In this document: positions 7,865-17,972 of the stretch, piece by piece | Layout of the letters: each line of letters opens with the position of its first letter | Position numbering within the stretch: the stretch's first letter is position 1 | Assembly (NCBI GenBank): GCA_023267275.1 | Contig: JAHFNO010000005.1 | Span: forward strand, 9,462-73,461 | Length of the DNA stretch: 64,000 nucleotides | Direction: 5' to 3' | DNA from: Candidatus Nomurabacteria bacterium | GTDB lineage: Bacteria > Patescibacteriota > Minisyncoccia > Phycocordibacterales > UBA9973 | The notes under the pieces: generated by a model | Told to the model about the DNA's origin: nothing | The model's database searches: none | The model's input: only the letters and a program-made list of their open reading frames with translations | Made by a program: the position numbers and the translations under genes

Positions 7865-10159
7865 ATGCAAAATACAAATACATTTAAAGTTCGCGGGATG
7901 CATTGTGCCTCATGTGCTGCGACTATTGAAAAAACATTTAAAAAAACTGACGGTGTTTCTTTGGCAGAGGCAAATTATGGCACCGAGTCCGTCAAAGTAG
8001 ATTTTGATGCATCAAAAACTTCTCCCGAAGCACTGTCTCAAAAAATCCAACCATTCGGATATGAGCTCATTATTCCAACCGCAGAAGAAATGCATATGTC
8101 GCAGAGTGAGCACGCGACGCATCTGGGACTCAATCAATCAAAGACAGAAAAATTGCAGGAACTTACCAGTTTGAAAATAAAAGTACTCACCGCTATTCCA
8201 CTCGCGATTGTGAGTCTCGTTTTCATGACTTGGGACATTCTCGCAGGATATGTACTCGTTCCCCAAATGAGTACAATGGTAAAAGAAATTTTTCAAATTC
8301 TTCTTCCGCTTTTTGCTACATACATGCTGTTCTACGTAGGGAAGCCATATCTTCTGGGCTTGTACCGATTTTTCCGCTATGGCAATGCAAACATGGATAC
8401 ACTGGTCGGGCTTGGTACTGGAGTGGCGTTTGTATATAGTCTCGCAACCATTTTCTTTCGCAGTGCGCTCGCTCGATACATAAATGTGGATGCAACATAT
8501 TTTGACATCACGATCATCGTCATTACATTTATTACGCTCGGAAAATATCTTGAGACTCGTTCAAAATTGAAAACTGGCGATGCAATTGAAAAACTCCTCA
8601 ACCTTTCTGCGAAGACAGCACTTGTTGCGCGTGATGGTACAGAAATGGAAATTCCAACGAGTGAGGTTGTGGTCGGCGATGTGCTTGTAGTAAAGCCGTC
8701 GGGAAAAATTCCTGTAGATGGCGTGCTTGTCGACGGTCATTCGTATGTTGATGAATCGATGATTACTGGCGAGCCAATGCCTCGCGAAAAAAATACGGGA
8801 GATTCTGTTGTTGCTGGCACAATAAATACGAGTGGTACATTTACGTTTCGCGCAACAAAAGTTGGGTCCGAAACAATGCTCGCACATATCATCAAGATGG
8901 TGGAAGATGCGCAGGGGAGCCGTGCTCCTATTCAGGCACTTGCCGACAAAATTTCTGCAGTGTTTGTGCCCGTCGTACTTGTGCTCGCGTTCCTTACGCT
9001 TGGATTGTGGATTGCTATTGGCACATCGCATCTTGGTTTTTCAAAAGCACTCGCCGATGGACTCACTTCATTTGTCGGTATTCTCGTGATTGCTTGTCCG
9101 TGTGCACTCGGTCTTGCAACACCGACGGCTATCATCGTTGGCGTCGGCAAAGGTGCAAAGGAGGGTATTCTCATCAAAGATGCGGCAACGCTGGAAAAAT
9201 TGCACACGGTGAATGTGGTTGTCTTGGACAAGACTGGTACGGTGACTCATGGCAAACCAGAACTGAGTACACTCAATAATGTTTCGAGCGAGAGTGATGA
9301 AAGAATTATACAATTGCTTGCCACACTCGAATCTCGATCGGAGCATCCGATTGCACGAGCGATTCTTACGCATGCGAAGGAAAAAAATATTTCGGTTCTC
9401 TCAATGAACAATTTTGATGCATTGAAAGGGAAAGGGGTGGGTGCTGAAATTGATGGTGTGCATTATTTTGCCGGCAGTGCTCGACTCGTCGAAGAATTCA
9501 ATATCAATTTTGATACACACTCGTTTGCCTCTCAATTGAGTGAAGGTAAGACACCGGTATTTCTTACAACAAAATCTGCAGTTCTTGCTGTAGTGTTTGT
9601 CTCTGATGCCATAAAGTCTGGAGTACAAGATGCAGTTACGCAATTACACAAGCTTGGTATTCGCGTCGTAATGCTTACCGGCGACACACAAAAAACTGCC
9701 GAATATATTGCACGCTCTGCCGGAATCGATGAGGTTGTGGCCGAAGTTTTGCCGGAAGACAAACTCGCAACGATTGTTGATTTGCAGAAAAAAGGCAATA
9801 CAGTGGCGATGGTAGGAGATGGCGTCAACGATGCACCGGCGCTCGCGCAAGCTGATGTGGGTATTGCGATGGCGACGGGTACTGATGTTGCTATCGAAAG
9901 TGCCGGCATTACTTTGCTTCACGGAGATATTTCAAAACTCGTAAAAGCTATTCGGCTTTCAAAACTCACGATGCGTGGCATCAAACAAAATTTGTTTTGG
10001 GCGTTTGTATATAATATAGTTGGCATTCCACTCGCAGCCGGATTGTTCTATCCGTTGTTTGGTTGGTTGCTCTCTCCGATATTTGCTGGACTTGCGATGG
10101 GACTCTCTAGTGTTTCCGTTGTCGGGAATTCACTGCGATTAAAAACTAAGAAACTCTAA
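7865..10159 (+). CDS. copA: Copper-translocating P1B-type ATPase
   Basis: [31 protein letters not shown]...SSVSVV. Confidence 0.97.
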   Translation: MQNTNTFKVRGMHCASCAATIEKTFKKTDGVSLAEANYGTESVKVDFDASKTSPEALSQKIQPFGYELIIPTAEEMHMSQSEHATHLGLNQSKTEKLQELTSLKIKVLTAIPLAIVSLVFMTWDILAGYVLVPQMSTMVKEIFQILLPLFATYMLFYVGKPYLLGLYRFFRYGNANMDTLVGLGTGVAFVYSLATIFFRSALARYINVDATYFDITIIVITFITLGKYLETRSKLKTGDAIEKLLNLSAKTALVARDGTEMEIPTSEVVVGDVLVVKPSGKIPVDGVLVDGHSYVDESMITGEPMPREKNTGDSVVAGTINTSGTFTFRATKVGSETMLAHIIKMVEDAQGSRAPIQALADKISAVFVPVVLVLAFLTLGLWIAIGTSHLGFSKALADGLTSFVGILVIACPCALGLATPTAIIVGVGKGAKEGILIKDAATLEKLHTVNVVVLDKTGTVTHGKPELSTLNNVSSESDERIIQLLATLESRSEHPIARAILTHAKEKNISVLSMNNFDALKGKGVGAEIDGVHYFAGSARLVEEFNINFDTHSFASQLSEGKTPVFLTTKSAVLAVVFVSDAIKSGVQDAVTQLHKLGIRVVMLTGDTQKTAEYIARSAGIDEVVAEVLPEDKLATIVDLQKKGNTVAMVGDGVNDAPALAQADVGIAMATGTDVAIESAGITLLHGDISKLVKAIRLSKLTMRGIKQNLFWAFVYNIVGIPLAAGLFYPLFGWLLSPIFAGLAMGLSSVSVVGNSLRLKTKKL

Positions 10160-10220
10160 GGGAACACTTACGTCGATGTAATTCGACGCAAGGGAACACT
10201 TATGCAAAGCTAAAAATTGT

Positions 10221-10844
10221 ATGGAACAGAAAAAAACACAAAAAACATTTTTACTTGTCGTTGTTTGTATCATCGTCGTAGTACTCGTTGTGTTTCTTGG
10301 AAAAACGAATAGCACACCACAAGCTCCGGTATCAGAAAATACAACACTCGGTATACAGGTGACGGCAGCGCCATGGATTGCGGAAATAGCGCATTTGAAA
10401 GAGCGACTCGCGTCTATTGGATTGCCAGCTCTTCCGGAAGAGGGAACTACGCTCCATATACATCAACATCTCGATATTTTTGTGCACGGAAAACCAGTTG
10501 CCGTATCGCCTGGAATTGGAATCAATGAGCAAGATCGTTTTATTGCACCGATTCATACACACGATGCATCAAATGTTATTCACGTTGAATCACCAACAGT
10601 ACAAGATTTTACTCTCGGACAGTTCTTCGACATTTGGGGTGTGCAATTTACAGCGAATGCGATTGGCGGATATACGAGTGATGCAACAAATACGCTCACT
10701 GTGTTTGTAAATGGAAAAGAATTTGCTGGTGACCCAAGAACACTTATTCTTGCTCCGCACCAAGAAATTGTCGTGACATTTGGAACAAAAGCTGAAATTC
10801 CAAATCCTGTGCCATCGTCGTATACATTTTCAGATGGAGAATAA
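10221..10844 (+). CDS. Membrane-anchored His-motif protein (possible metal binding)
   Basis: N-terminal TM, HIHQHL, IHTHD, IHVES. Confidence 0.7.
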   Translation: MEQKKTQKTFLLVVVCIIVVVLVVFLGKTNSTPQAPVSENTTLGIQVTAAPWIAEIAHLKERLASIGLPALPEEGTTLHIHQHLDIFVHGKPVAVSPGIGINEQDRFIAPIHTHDASNVIHVESPTVQDFTLGQFFDIWGVQFTANAIGGYTSDATNTLTVFVNGKEFAGDPRTLILAPHQEIVVTFGTKAEIPNPVPSSYTFSDGE

Positions 10845-10853
10845 TATATTTAT

Positions 10854-11882
10854 ATGAACACACAAAAAACATATACATTTCATGTGCACGGCATGCATTG
10901 CAACTCATGTGTACTCCTTACGGAGAGTGAACTCGCCGAGCTTCCATACATCACGAGTGCAAAGAGTAGTTTACAGAATCGCACGGTTGTTGTTGAAGGA
11001 GACTTTGGTGAGCAAACTGCCGAAGAAATCGCACAAACACTCACGAATGTATTGCAGCCACACGGATATACACTTTCGATTGAAGCAGAACAAAAAGAAA
11101 AAAATCTTTCTGAATTTATGGTCGCAGTTCCGATCGCGATTGGTTTTGCCGCACTCTTTTTGTTGCTCCAAAAATCAGGTATTGTGCACCTGAGTGGATT
11201 TGGAGAGGTGACGTACGGCACGGCATTTGTCATTGGTATCATCGCTTCGCTTTCTTCGTGTATGGCAGTGGTGGGAGGACTCGTACTTTCAATGTCGGCA
11301 ACATTCGCAAAAGAAAGTAGTACTGCTCGTCCACAGATTCTTTTCCATATTGGACGAATCGTTTCGTTTTTTGTACTTGGTGGAGTCGTTGGTCTTTTGG
11401 GAAAAGCATTTGCACTCTCGGCAACAGTGACATTTATACTTGGGCTCATTGTTGGTTTGGTAATGCTTATTCTCGGAATCAATTTGCTCGATGTTTTTCA
11501 TTGGTCAAAACGTTTGCAACCAGGGATGCCAAAAATTCTTTCCAAGCATGCGTTTAACGTTTCAAAAATAAATGGAGCTGTGACACCACTCCTTGTTGGG
11601 GTCGCCACCTTTTTCCTGCCATGTGGATTTACACAATCGATGCAAATTTACACACTTTCAACGGGAAGTTTTTTGAAAGGAGGACTTACCATGCTTGCAT
11701 TCGCACTAGGTACATTTCCTGTGCTCGCCGCACTTTCATTTGGTTCATCGAATATTGCAAAAAGTGCAAAGTCGGGCATATTTTTTAAATCCGCAGGACT
11801 CGTTGTGATTCTTTTTGCAGTATTTAATATTATCAATGCACTAGCAGTGGCAGGAATTATTCCACCAGTATTTAATTTTTAA
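10854..11882 (+). CDS. HMA domain plus DsbD_2/TauE-like membrane protein
   Basis: GMHCNSC; SSCMAVVGG; FLPCGFTQ; multiple TM helices. Confidence 0.88.
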   Translation: MNTQKTYTFHVHGMHCNSCVLLTESELAELPYITSAKSSLQNRTVVVEGDFGEQTAEEIAQTLTNVLQPHGYTLSIEAEQKEKNLSEFMVAVPIAIGFAALFLLLQKSGIVHLSGFGEVTYGTAFVIGIIASLSSCMAVVGGLVLSMSATFAKESSTARPQILFHIGRIVSFFVLGGVVGLLGKAFALSATVTFILGLIVGLVMLILGINLLDVFHWSKRLQPGMPKILSKHAFNVSKINGAVTPLLVGVATFFLPCGFTQSMQIYTLSTGSFLKGGLTMLAFALGTFPVLAALSFGSSNIAKSAKSGIFFKSAGLVVILFAVFNIINALAVAGIIPPVFNF

Positions 11883-12007
11883 TATACGCTACACAAATGG
11901 CTCATTTCTTCGTTGCCTCACTCGTTTGTTCCCGCGGAGTAGGATTACTACACCTTAGTCACAAGCCTCATTCGCGCCTCGAACTGCATCCATTTGTGTA
12001 GCGTATA
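11883..12007. repeat. 89-nt dispersed element, copy A, closed by an 18-bp perfect inverted repeat
   Basis: Core 11901-11989 nearly identical to 34414-34502 (reverse) and 42076-42164. Confidence 0.9.
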
Positions 12008-12016
12008 ATAACTTTT

Positions 12017-12406
12017 ATGAAAAAATCAGTATTCATTATTATTTGTAGTCTCGCCGGGATACTCGTACTGTCACTCTTTTTTGTTTCGCCGAAAAAAGTA
12101 CCGGAGATGAGTGTCGATGGTTCAAATGTGTATATGGAAAATGGCGTTCAGATTGTGGCAATTAAAGCTGGTGGGGGATATTCTCCGCAAGTGAGTGTGG
12201 CGAAGGCAGGTATTCCGACAAAAATCCGGTTTGCCACGAGTGGTTCATTTGATTGTTCTTCGTCGGTTCGGATTCCAAGTCTTCATATCTCTCAAATTCT
12301 TCCTCAAAAAGGGAAAGCTGATATCGATATTGGTACACCAAGTGCCGGACCACTCCAGGGAATGTGTGGAATGGGAATGTATCCGTTTAGTGTCACGTTT
12401 CAGTAA
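12017..12406 (+). CDS. Cupredoxin-domain protein
   Basis: GGYSP, AGIP, CSS, CGMGMY. Confidence 0.85.
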   Translation: MKKSVFIIICSLAGILVLSLFFVSPKKVPEMSVDGSNVYMENGVQIVAIKAGGGYSPQVSVAKAGIPTKIRFATSGSFDCSSSVRIPSLHISQILPQKGKADIDIGTPSAGPLQGMCGMGMYPFSVTFQ

Positions 12407-12432
12407 CGGCTGGTTTGCAGTATACTATTCAA

Positions 12433-12771
12433 ATGCAAAAATTACAGAACAAGCGATGTATTCCGTGTGAGCAAAAGAAGGGGACAGCGCCTCTTTCAAA
12501 AGAAGCTATCGATCAGTTATTTGTTGAGCTTACCGGATGGGAAATCGCAAAGAATTACAAATCAATCGTGAAAGATTTGGTTTTTACAAATTTTGATAAG
12601 GCGATGGATTTTGTAAATGTAGTTGCCGACCTCGCCGAATTTGAAGGACACCACCCCGATATTGATATTCGTTACAATAAAGTAAAGCTTGTACTCTCGA
12701 CACATTCCATAGGTGGTCTTTCAGAAAATGATTTTATTCTTGCAGCAAAAATCGACCGAATTTTTTTGTAA
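12433..12771 (+). CDS. Pterin-4a-carbinolamine dehydratase
   Basis: AEFEGHHPDI, THSIGGLSENDFILAAKID. Confidence 0.93.
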   Translation: MQKLQNKRCIPCEQKKGTAPLSKEAIDQLFVELTGWEIAKNYKSIVKDLVFTNFDKAMDFVNVVADLAEFEGHHPDIDIRYNKVKLVLSTHSIGGLSENDFILAAKIDRIFL

Positions 12772-12833
12772 AAAATTCGGTCGATCCCAAACTTGATTTG
12801 GGATCCAGGTTAATAATAATTGAATTATAATTT

Positions 12834-13280
12834 ATGAACTCATTTCTTCTTCATATTTTTATCGCGTGTATTGGTGTGGTTGGTTTTTCGATTGCCACAT
12901 ATATATCCCTCTGTAAAAAGAAAAAAAAGCCGCTCGTGTGTCCACTCCGTACCAGTTGCAATTTTGTGACCACGAGTGACTATTCAAAATTTCTCGGTAT
13001 TCATGTTGAGTATCTCGGTATGGCGTATTACGCATTTGTCACTCTACTCCATTTACTTCTCGCATTCTCACCATACTACGTGAGTGATATGGTCTTTTGG
13101 TTTGGATTGCTTGTCTCAATCGGAGCCTTTCTTTTTTCAGTGTATCTCACAAGTGTGCAGGCGTTTGTCCTCAAACAATGGTGTACCTGGTGTATTTTTT
13201 CAGCAACCCTGTGTGTGATTATCGTCCTTGCCACATATTATTCTTGGGTGACTATTGTTCCACTACCGCTTACTTTATAA
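12834..13280 (+). CDS. Vitamin K epoxide reductase (VKOR) family protein
   Basis: CPLRTSC loop pair, WCTWC, four TM helices. Confidence 0.92.
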   Translation: MNSFLLHIFIACIGVVGFSIATYISLCKKKKKPLVCPLRTSCNFVTTSDYSKFLGIHVEYLGMAYYAFVTLLHLLLAFSPYYVSDMVFWFGLLVSIGAFLFSVYLTSVQAFVLKQWCTWCIFSATLCVIIVLATYYSWVTIVPLPLTL

Positions 13281-13431
13281 GAGAAAAATTCGCTTTTTCA
13301 GCGTTTTTTTGATATAACATATGGGCTTTCTTGTCCACACAGGAAGCAAGGGTATTGGTGTCTAGATGATTTCTGAATTAATCATAAACCATCTTGTTTA
13401 CATAGGTCTTTTTCTTTGATAAAATTGAAGC

Positions 13432-13926
13432 ATGCCAATAGTTGCATGCAAAATTTGTTCAAAAGAATTTTATGCAAAACCATTCTTTTTACGGAATGGG
13501 CATGCAAAGTATTGCTCTGATAAATGTATGCGTCTTGCAAGCAGGACTGGCAAAGTTGTAAATTGTCATGCCTGTCAAAAAGAAGTATATAAAACGAAGA
13601 AGGCATTGCGTATTTCAAAAAGCAAGACATATTTTTGTACAAAGTCTTGCCAAACAAAATGGCGCAATTCAGTTTTTGTTGGTTCGAAGCATGCAAATTG
13701 GAAAGATGGAAGTGCGTCGTATCGAAGTGTAATGCTAAAAAATAAAATCCCTCAAGTCTGTCGTTTATGCATGACTGCGGATTTACGAGTATTGGCAGTA
13801 CATCATATTGATCGAAATAGAAAAAACAGCTCGTTGTCAAACTTGGCTTGGCTGTGCCACAATTGTCATTTCTTGTTACATCATTACAAAGATGTAGAAA
13901 AGAAATTTATGGAGGCATTAGTGTAG
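13432..13926 (+). CDS. HNH endonuclease-like protein with Cys-rich Zn-binding repeats
   Basis: CxxC...YCSxxC repeats; VHHIDRNRKN..NLAWLCHNCH; last codons lie inside tRNA-His. Confidence 0.85.
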   Translation: MPIVACKICSKEFYAKPFFLRNGHAKYCSDKCMRLASRTGKVVNCHACQKEVYKTKKALRISKSKTYFCTKSCQTKWRNSVFVGSKHANWKDGSASYRSVMLKNKIPQVCRLCMTADLRVLAVHHIDRNRKNSSLSNLAWLCHNCHFLLHHYKDVEKKFMEALV

Positions 13927-13985
13927 GAGTAACACAACAGTTTGTGGAACTGTTATCGTGGGTGCAAAGCCCACATGCCTCCCCA
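13911..13985 (+). tRNA. tRNA-His (anticodon GTG), with G-1, C73 and encoded CCA
   Basis: g-gaggcat...acagt-ttGTGga-actgt...gtggg-tgcaaag-cccac-atgcctc-c-cca. Confidence 0.9.
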
Positions 13986-14014
13986 AAAGTATAAATATAT
14001 ACATAATTAATTAT

Positions 14015-14425
14015 ATGAAAATCTTATTTGTTTGCCGTGGAAATGTTGGAAGGAGTCAGATGGCCGAAGCACTCTTTAAGAAATACATTAAAGGTGATTA
14101 TTCAATTTCATCTGCGGGAACAAAGTTAAGTGGGGAAGAATGCCCTCTTGTTGATTTACCTTTAGCTGAGAATGTGATTGATGTCATCAAAGAAGAAGGT
14201 ATTGATGTCTCTCAAAATTATAGAAATCAACTGACGGAAGAAATATTCAACAAGGCGGACAAGGTAGTTCTTGTTGTGGATGATGCTGACCCATTACCTG
14301 ATTATGTAATTGGAAGGGATAAAGTCATTCGTTGGTCTGTTCCAGACCCAAAAGGGACTACTCTTGAAAGACATCGCGAGATTTTGAATCAAATCAAAAA
14401 ATTGATATTATTTACCACTTTCTAA
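14015..14425 (+). CDS. Low-molecular-weight phosphatase/ArsC-family protein
   Basis: ILFVCRGNVGRSQMAE; WSVPDP. Confidence 0.92.
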   Translation: MKILFVCRGNVGRSQMAEALFKKYIKGDYSISSAGTKLSGEECPLVDLPLAENVIDVIKEEGIDVSQNYRNQLTEEIFNKADKVVLVVDDADPLPDYVIGRDKVIRWSVPDPKGTTLERHREILNQIKKLILFTTF

Positions 14426-14458
14426 TATTAATGCAAGAATTCTGATATATTTCTTAGT

Positions 14459-14758
14459 ATGGAATCATCAAAAATAGAATCATACGTTGCGTTTCCTATC
14501 CAAGAAACGGCCAAGGCGCTTGCTGCTCAGGTCGGTTTGGAAAGCGCTCCAAATCTTAAATCCGTTATTGAGGAAATCAGTGATGCGTTTGCTGTAGCAA
14601 TTGCGACAACAGACAAGCAAAAAATACAAGTATCTTTACGGATACTGAAAATGCACGAAGATTATCTCGGAGAAAAATATCGCGATACGCCCGATGATGT
14701 GCGTTATATCAAAACCGTCAATAAGGCAATTGAGTATCTCGAATCACAGATCCAATAG
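14459..14758 (+). CDS. Hypothetical protein
   Basis: ATG-started ORF filling the intergenic space. Confidence 0.65.
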   Translation: MESSKIESYVAFPIQETAKALAAQVGLESAPNLKSVIEEISDAFAVAIATTDKQKIQVSLRILKMHEDYLGEKYRDTPDDVRYIKTVNKAIEYLESQIQ

Positions 14759-14812
14759 TATTTTATATACGTGGGTGTATAATTGATTCATTACAAATTA
14801 AATCTCCCTTTT

Positions 14813-17398
14813 ATGAATCAAATGAAAAAAGTGTTTTGCTTGCTCGGAGTCGTTCTTTCACTTTTTATTATCGTCGCAATTCCAAACAGAGCTTCGGCTG
14901 CGACGTGGACAGCGAATACCACATTCGGTACTCATTTTTGGTCTCTTGGCGGAATTACTGCATCTGCCGATGGAATGAAGCTGGCTCTTATCGATAAGGC
15001 TGGTACACATACAAACGGTTATATTTATACATCTACCGACGGGGGAATAACATGGACACTGCGTACCTCCGCAGGTTTTCATTCTTGGGAATCCATTGCC
15101 ATGTCTGCTGATGGAATGAAAATTATTGCTGCCGATCTTGGTGGATATCTTTATACATCAACTGATAGTGGGGCAACTTGGATAGCACGCACTACACCTG
15201 GAATGCATAATTGGACGGCGGTTGCGTCATCCGCCGATGGAATGAAACTTGTTGCGGGTGTTTCAGGAGGCATGAGTTATCCAACTGAATCTAATGCCAT
15301 ATACACATCAACTGACGGCGGGGCAACCTGGGTTTTACGAATCACTTCAACGACAGCTCCAAGCAATTATCACTGGAGATCGATTGCGTCTTCTGCTGAC
15401 GGAGTAAAACTGATAGCTGCAGTGCAGGATGGTGGGTATTTGTATACATCAACTGACAGCGGTGCAACATGGACAGCGCGTACATCTGCGGGGATAGATA
15501 ATTGGATAACAGTATCTTCTTCTGCCAATGGAACCAGACTTATTGCAGGATCTGACGAGAATGGTACGAATCGTTTACTTACATCAGCTGACGGTGGAGT
15601 AACATGGACACCTCATGCTTCAGTTACTTCTCATGCGGTTACAGCCTCATCCGCCGATGGAATGAAGCTTTTCTCTGCCGGGAGTGCTTATCTTGCTCAA
15701 AATATTTTTACATCAGTAGACGGTGGTTCTACTTGGACCGCTGAAACAGCCGGAGGCAGTCGTAACTGGTGGGGTCTTGCAATATCAAGCGATGCAACAA
15801 GAATTGTTGGAACTGATATTGGTGGGTACTTATATACTGGAGTGACGACAGTAGCAACTTTAGTACCCGTTGTTGCTACAATCTCGGTATCAGATATTAA
15901 CGCAACCAGCGCGGTATTTCATGGAAATATTGTCTCAACAGGATCATCGACAGCATTTACAGTTACGGATATTGGATTCGATTTTGTAAATGAAATAACA
16001 AATGTCACTCAAAATATTGGTGCAGGCAGTCCCTCAGGTCCATTTCCGGTAGGTTCTTATTCTTTCATGGCAAACCCAATTAGTTGTGGTACCCCGTATC
16101 ATTTTCGTGCAACTGCTACAAATTCTATCGGTACTGGATATGGTTCATACATTAGCTTTACCACACTGCCATGTCCTACAGGTACGATCGTTCCTCCTAC
16201 AGTTACCACGGTTTCCGCAACTGCAGTAACCGCAAATAGTGTAATGCTCAACGGTTTAATCACTTCGCTCGGAGGAACAGCTACATCAGCAACAGTTTCA
16301 AGTGTCGGATTTGATTATGGATTCGGTGGTCTTGTTGGAACTCATTCCGTTACGACAGGATCGTTTGGACTCGGTGCATTTAGTACGTCCATTACTGGAC
16401 TTGGTTGTGGTGTTCCATACACTTTCCATGCAAATGCAACAAATTCTGCCGGCACCGGACAAGGCGTAGATATGACATTCACGACGTTGCCATGTCCTCC
16501 GACTACTTATGGTTCAACAATAGTTGTTACGGTTACAGCTGATCCTCAAACCACACGTGCAACACTTACTGGTAATCTGATTCGAATTCCAGGACCAAAT
16601 AGTTCAACGGTTGTTGGATTTGTATACGGACCAACCTTGGCATATGGAAACATTGTAGCCGCTGGTCCTGCAACAAAAACAACAGGAGTGTATACAAAAT
16701 ATATTATTGGTCTTATACCCAATACGCTCTATCACTACAAAGCATATGCTTCGAACTCATATGGAACAGTCTATGGTGAAGACATGACATTTACTACGAC
16801 TGATGGCCTGGCACCACTTGCGACTGCATCATACGGACAAACAAATTCTGCAGTAACCGCAGTGCAGATGATACTCATTGCAAAAGGATATTTAAGAACA
16901 ACTGCGACTGGATATTTCGGCGGAGCAACAATGAGCGCAATCAAAGCTTTTCAAAAGGCGAATGGTCTTGCGACTACGGGAGGTCTTGGAAAATTGACAC
17001 TCGCACTACTCACTGACATTCGTGATCGAGAGGGTATTGCCACGACGGCCCCAGCTTCTGCAAGTGTTGTTACACCAGCATCATCAAGTCTTGCGCGAGT
17101 TCCAGCAACTGTTTCTACGATAAGTTCTGGTTTGATAACAAAAACAGGAGCAACACTCAATGGTCACCTCGATACGCTTGGTAGCGCGTCAACTGCAACT
17201 GTTGGATTCAGTTATGGAAACACGACTGCATATGGCACAAACACAACTCTTGTTTCTGAAATGACGAGTCCTGCTGGATTCTCATCCCATGTAAATCTTT
17301 CCTGTGGTACGAGTTATCATTTCCGTTCATTTGCACAAACTACCGCTAGTACCGTATATGGATCTGATATGATATTTACCACTCCTTTGTGTAATTAA
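14813..17398 (+). CDS. Large secreted surface protein: Asp-box (BNR) beta-propeller, FN3-like repeats, peptidoglycan-binding domain
   Basis: Signal peptide; repeated YTSTDxGxTW; repeated YHFRA.ATNS.GT.YG...FTT; GYFGGATMSAIKAFQ. Confidence 0.85.
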   Translation: MNQMKKVFCLLGVVLSLFIIVAIPNRASAATWTANTTFGTHFWSLGGITASADGMKLALIDKAGTHTNGYIYTSTDGGITWTLRTSAGFHSWESIAMSADGMKIIAADLGGYLYTSTDSGATWIARTTPGMHNWTAVASSADGMKLVAGVSGGMSYPTESNAIYTSTDGGATWVLRITSTTAPSNYHWRSIASSADGVKLIAAVQDGGYLYTSTDSGATWTARTSAGIDNWITVSSSANGTRLIAGSDENGTNRLLTSADGGVTWTPHASVTSHAVTASSADGMKLFSAGSAYLAQNIFTSVDGGSTWTAETAGGSRNWWGLAISSDATRIVGTDIGGYLYTGVTTVATLVPVVATISVSDINATSAVFHGNIVSTGSSTAFTVTDIGFDFVNEITNVTQNIGAGSPSGPFPVGSYSFMANPISCGTPYHFRATATNSIGTGYGSYISFTTLPCPTGTIVPPTVTTVSATAVTANSVMLNGLITSLGGTATSATVSSVGFDYGFGGLVGTHSVTTGSFGLGAFSTSITGLGCGVPYTFHANATNSAGTGQGVDMTFTTLPCPPTTYGSTIVVTVTADPQTTRATLTGNLIRIPGPNSSTVVGFVYGPTLAYGNIVAAGPATKTTGVYTKYIIGLIPNTLYHYKAYASNSYGTVYGEDMTFTTTDGLAPLATASYGQTNSAVTAVQMILIAKGYLRTTATGYFGGATMSAIKAFQKANGLATTGGLGKLTLALLTDIRDREGIATTAPASASVVTPASSSLARVPATVSTISSGLITKTGATLNGHLDTLGSASTATVGFSYGNTTAYGTNTTLVSEMTSPAGFSSHVNLSCGTSYHFRSFAQTTASTVYGSDMIFTTPLCN

Positions 17399-17413
17399 AT
17401 TACATAATTAGTT

Positions 17414-17929
17414 ATGGTAAATAAAAATAAATCTACCGGTTTTACACTTATTGAACTGCTCGTGGTAATTGCCATTATTGGTATTCTTGCTGTGATTGTG
17501 CTTGCGTCACTTGGAGTTGCGCGTACACGATCTGTTGATGCGAAAATTAAAAGCCAGCTTTCGAGCATGCGTTCAGAGGCACAGTTGTACAACGGAGTAG
17601 GGAATGCAGTGATTCTTTCAGATGGAGCACCGTGTCCAATTCCTGGAGGAGGCTTTGATGCTACGGGAACAATTTTTGACACCGCAAACAACGGTATTGG
17701 AAAATTGTATCCGTTACAAAATGAAACAACACCTGATACGCAATGTGTTGCCACCGCAGGCACACCTGCCTCATCTCAATCAAAATGGGCAGTGGCATGG
17801 CCACTCTCTAATGGTTGGTTTTGTGTAGACAGTGCAAACATCGCACGAAATACGAACACCTCTGGCAATGTGTATGATGGAGCGACGACGGGATTATCTC
17901 CTGCAATCACTACCGATCAGTGCAATTAA
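17414..17929 (+). CDS. Type IV pilin-like protein
   Basis: GFTLIELLVVIAIIGILA prepilin motif; C-terminal cysteines. Confidence 0.93.
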   Translation: MVNKNKSTGFTLIELLVVIAIIGILAVIVLASLGVARTRSVDAKIKSQLSSMRSEAQLYNGVGNAVILSDGAPCPIPGGGFDATGTIFDTANNGIGKLYPLQNETTPDTQCVATAGTPASSQSKWAVAWPLSNGWFCVDSANIARNTNTSGNVYDGATTGLSPAITTDQCN

Positions 17930-17972
17930 ATGTAATTTACGTATTTGATGGAGGGTGGTATAATCCTGGCAT

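Noticed and set aside
10158-10202. 13-bp direct repeat aagggaacactta around a small hairpin
   Set aside because: Only two units with a 19-nt spacer; too little for CRISPR or a defined element
10880-11482. Long antisense ORFs (also 2620-3279, 34917-35447, 47912-48514)
   Set aside because: Shadows of well-supported genes on the opposite strand, with no motifs of their own
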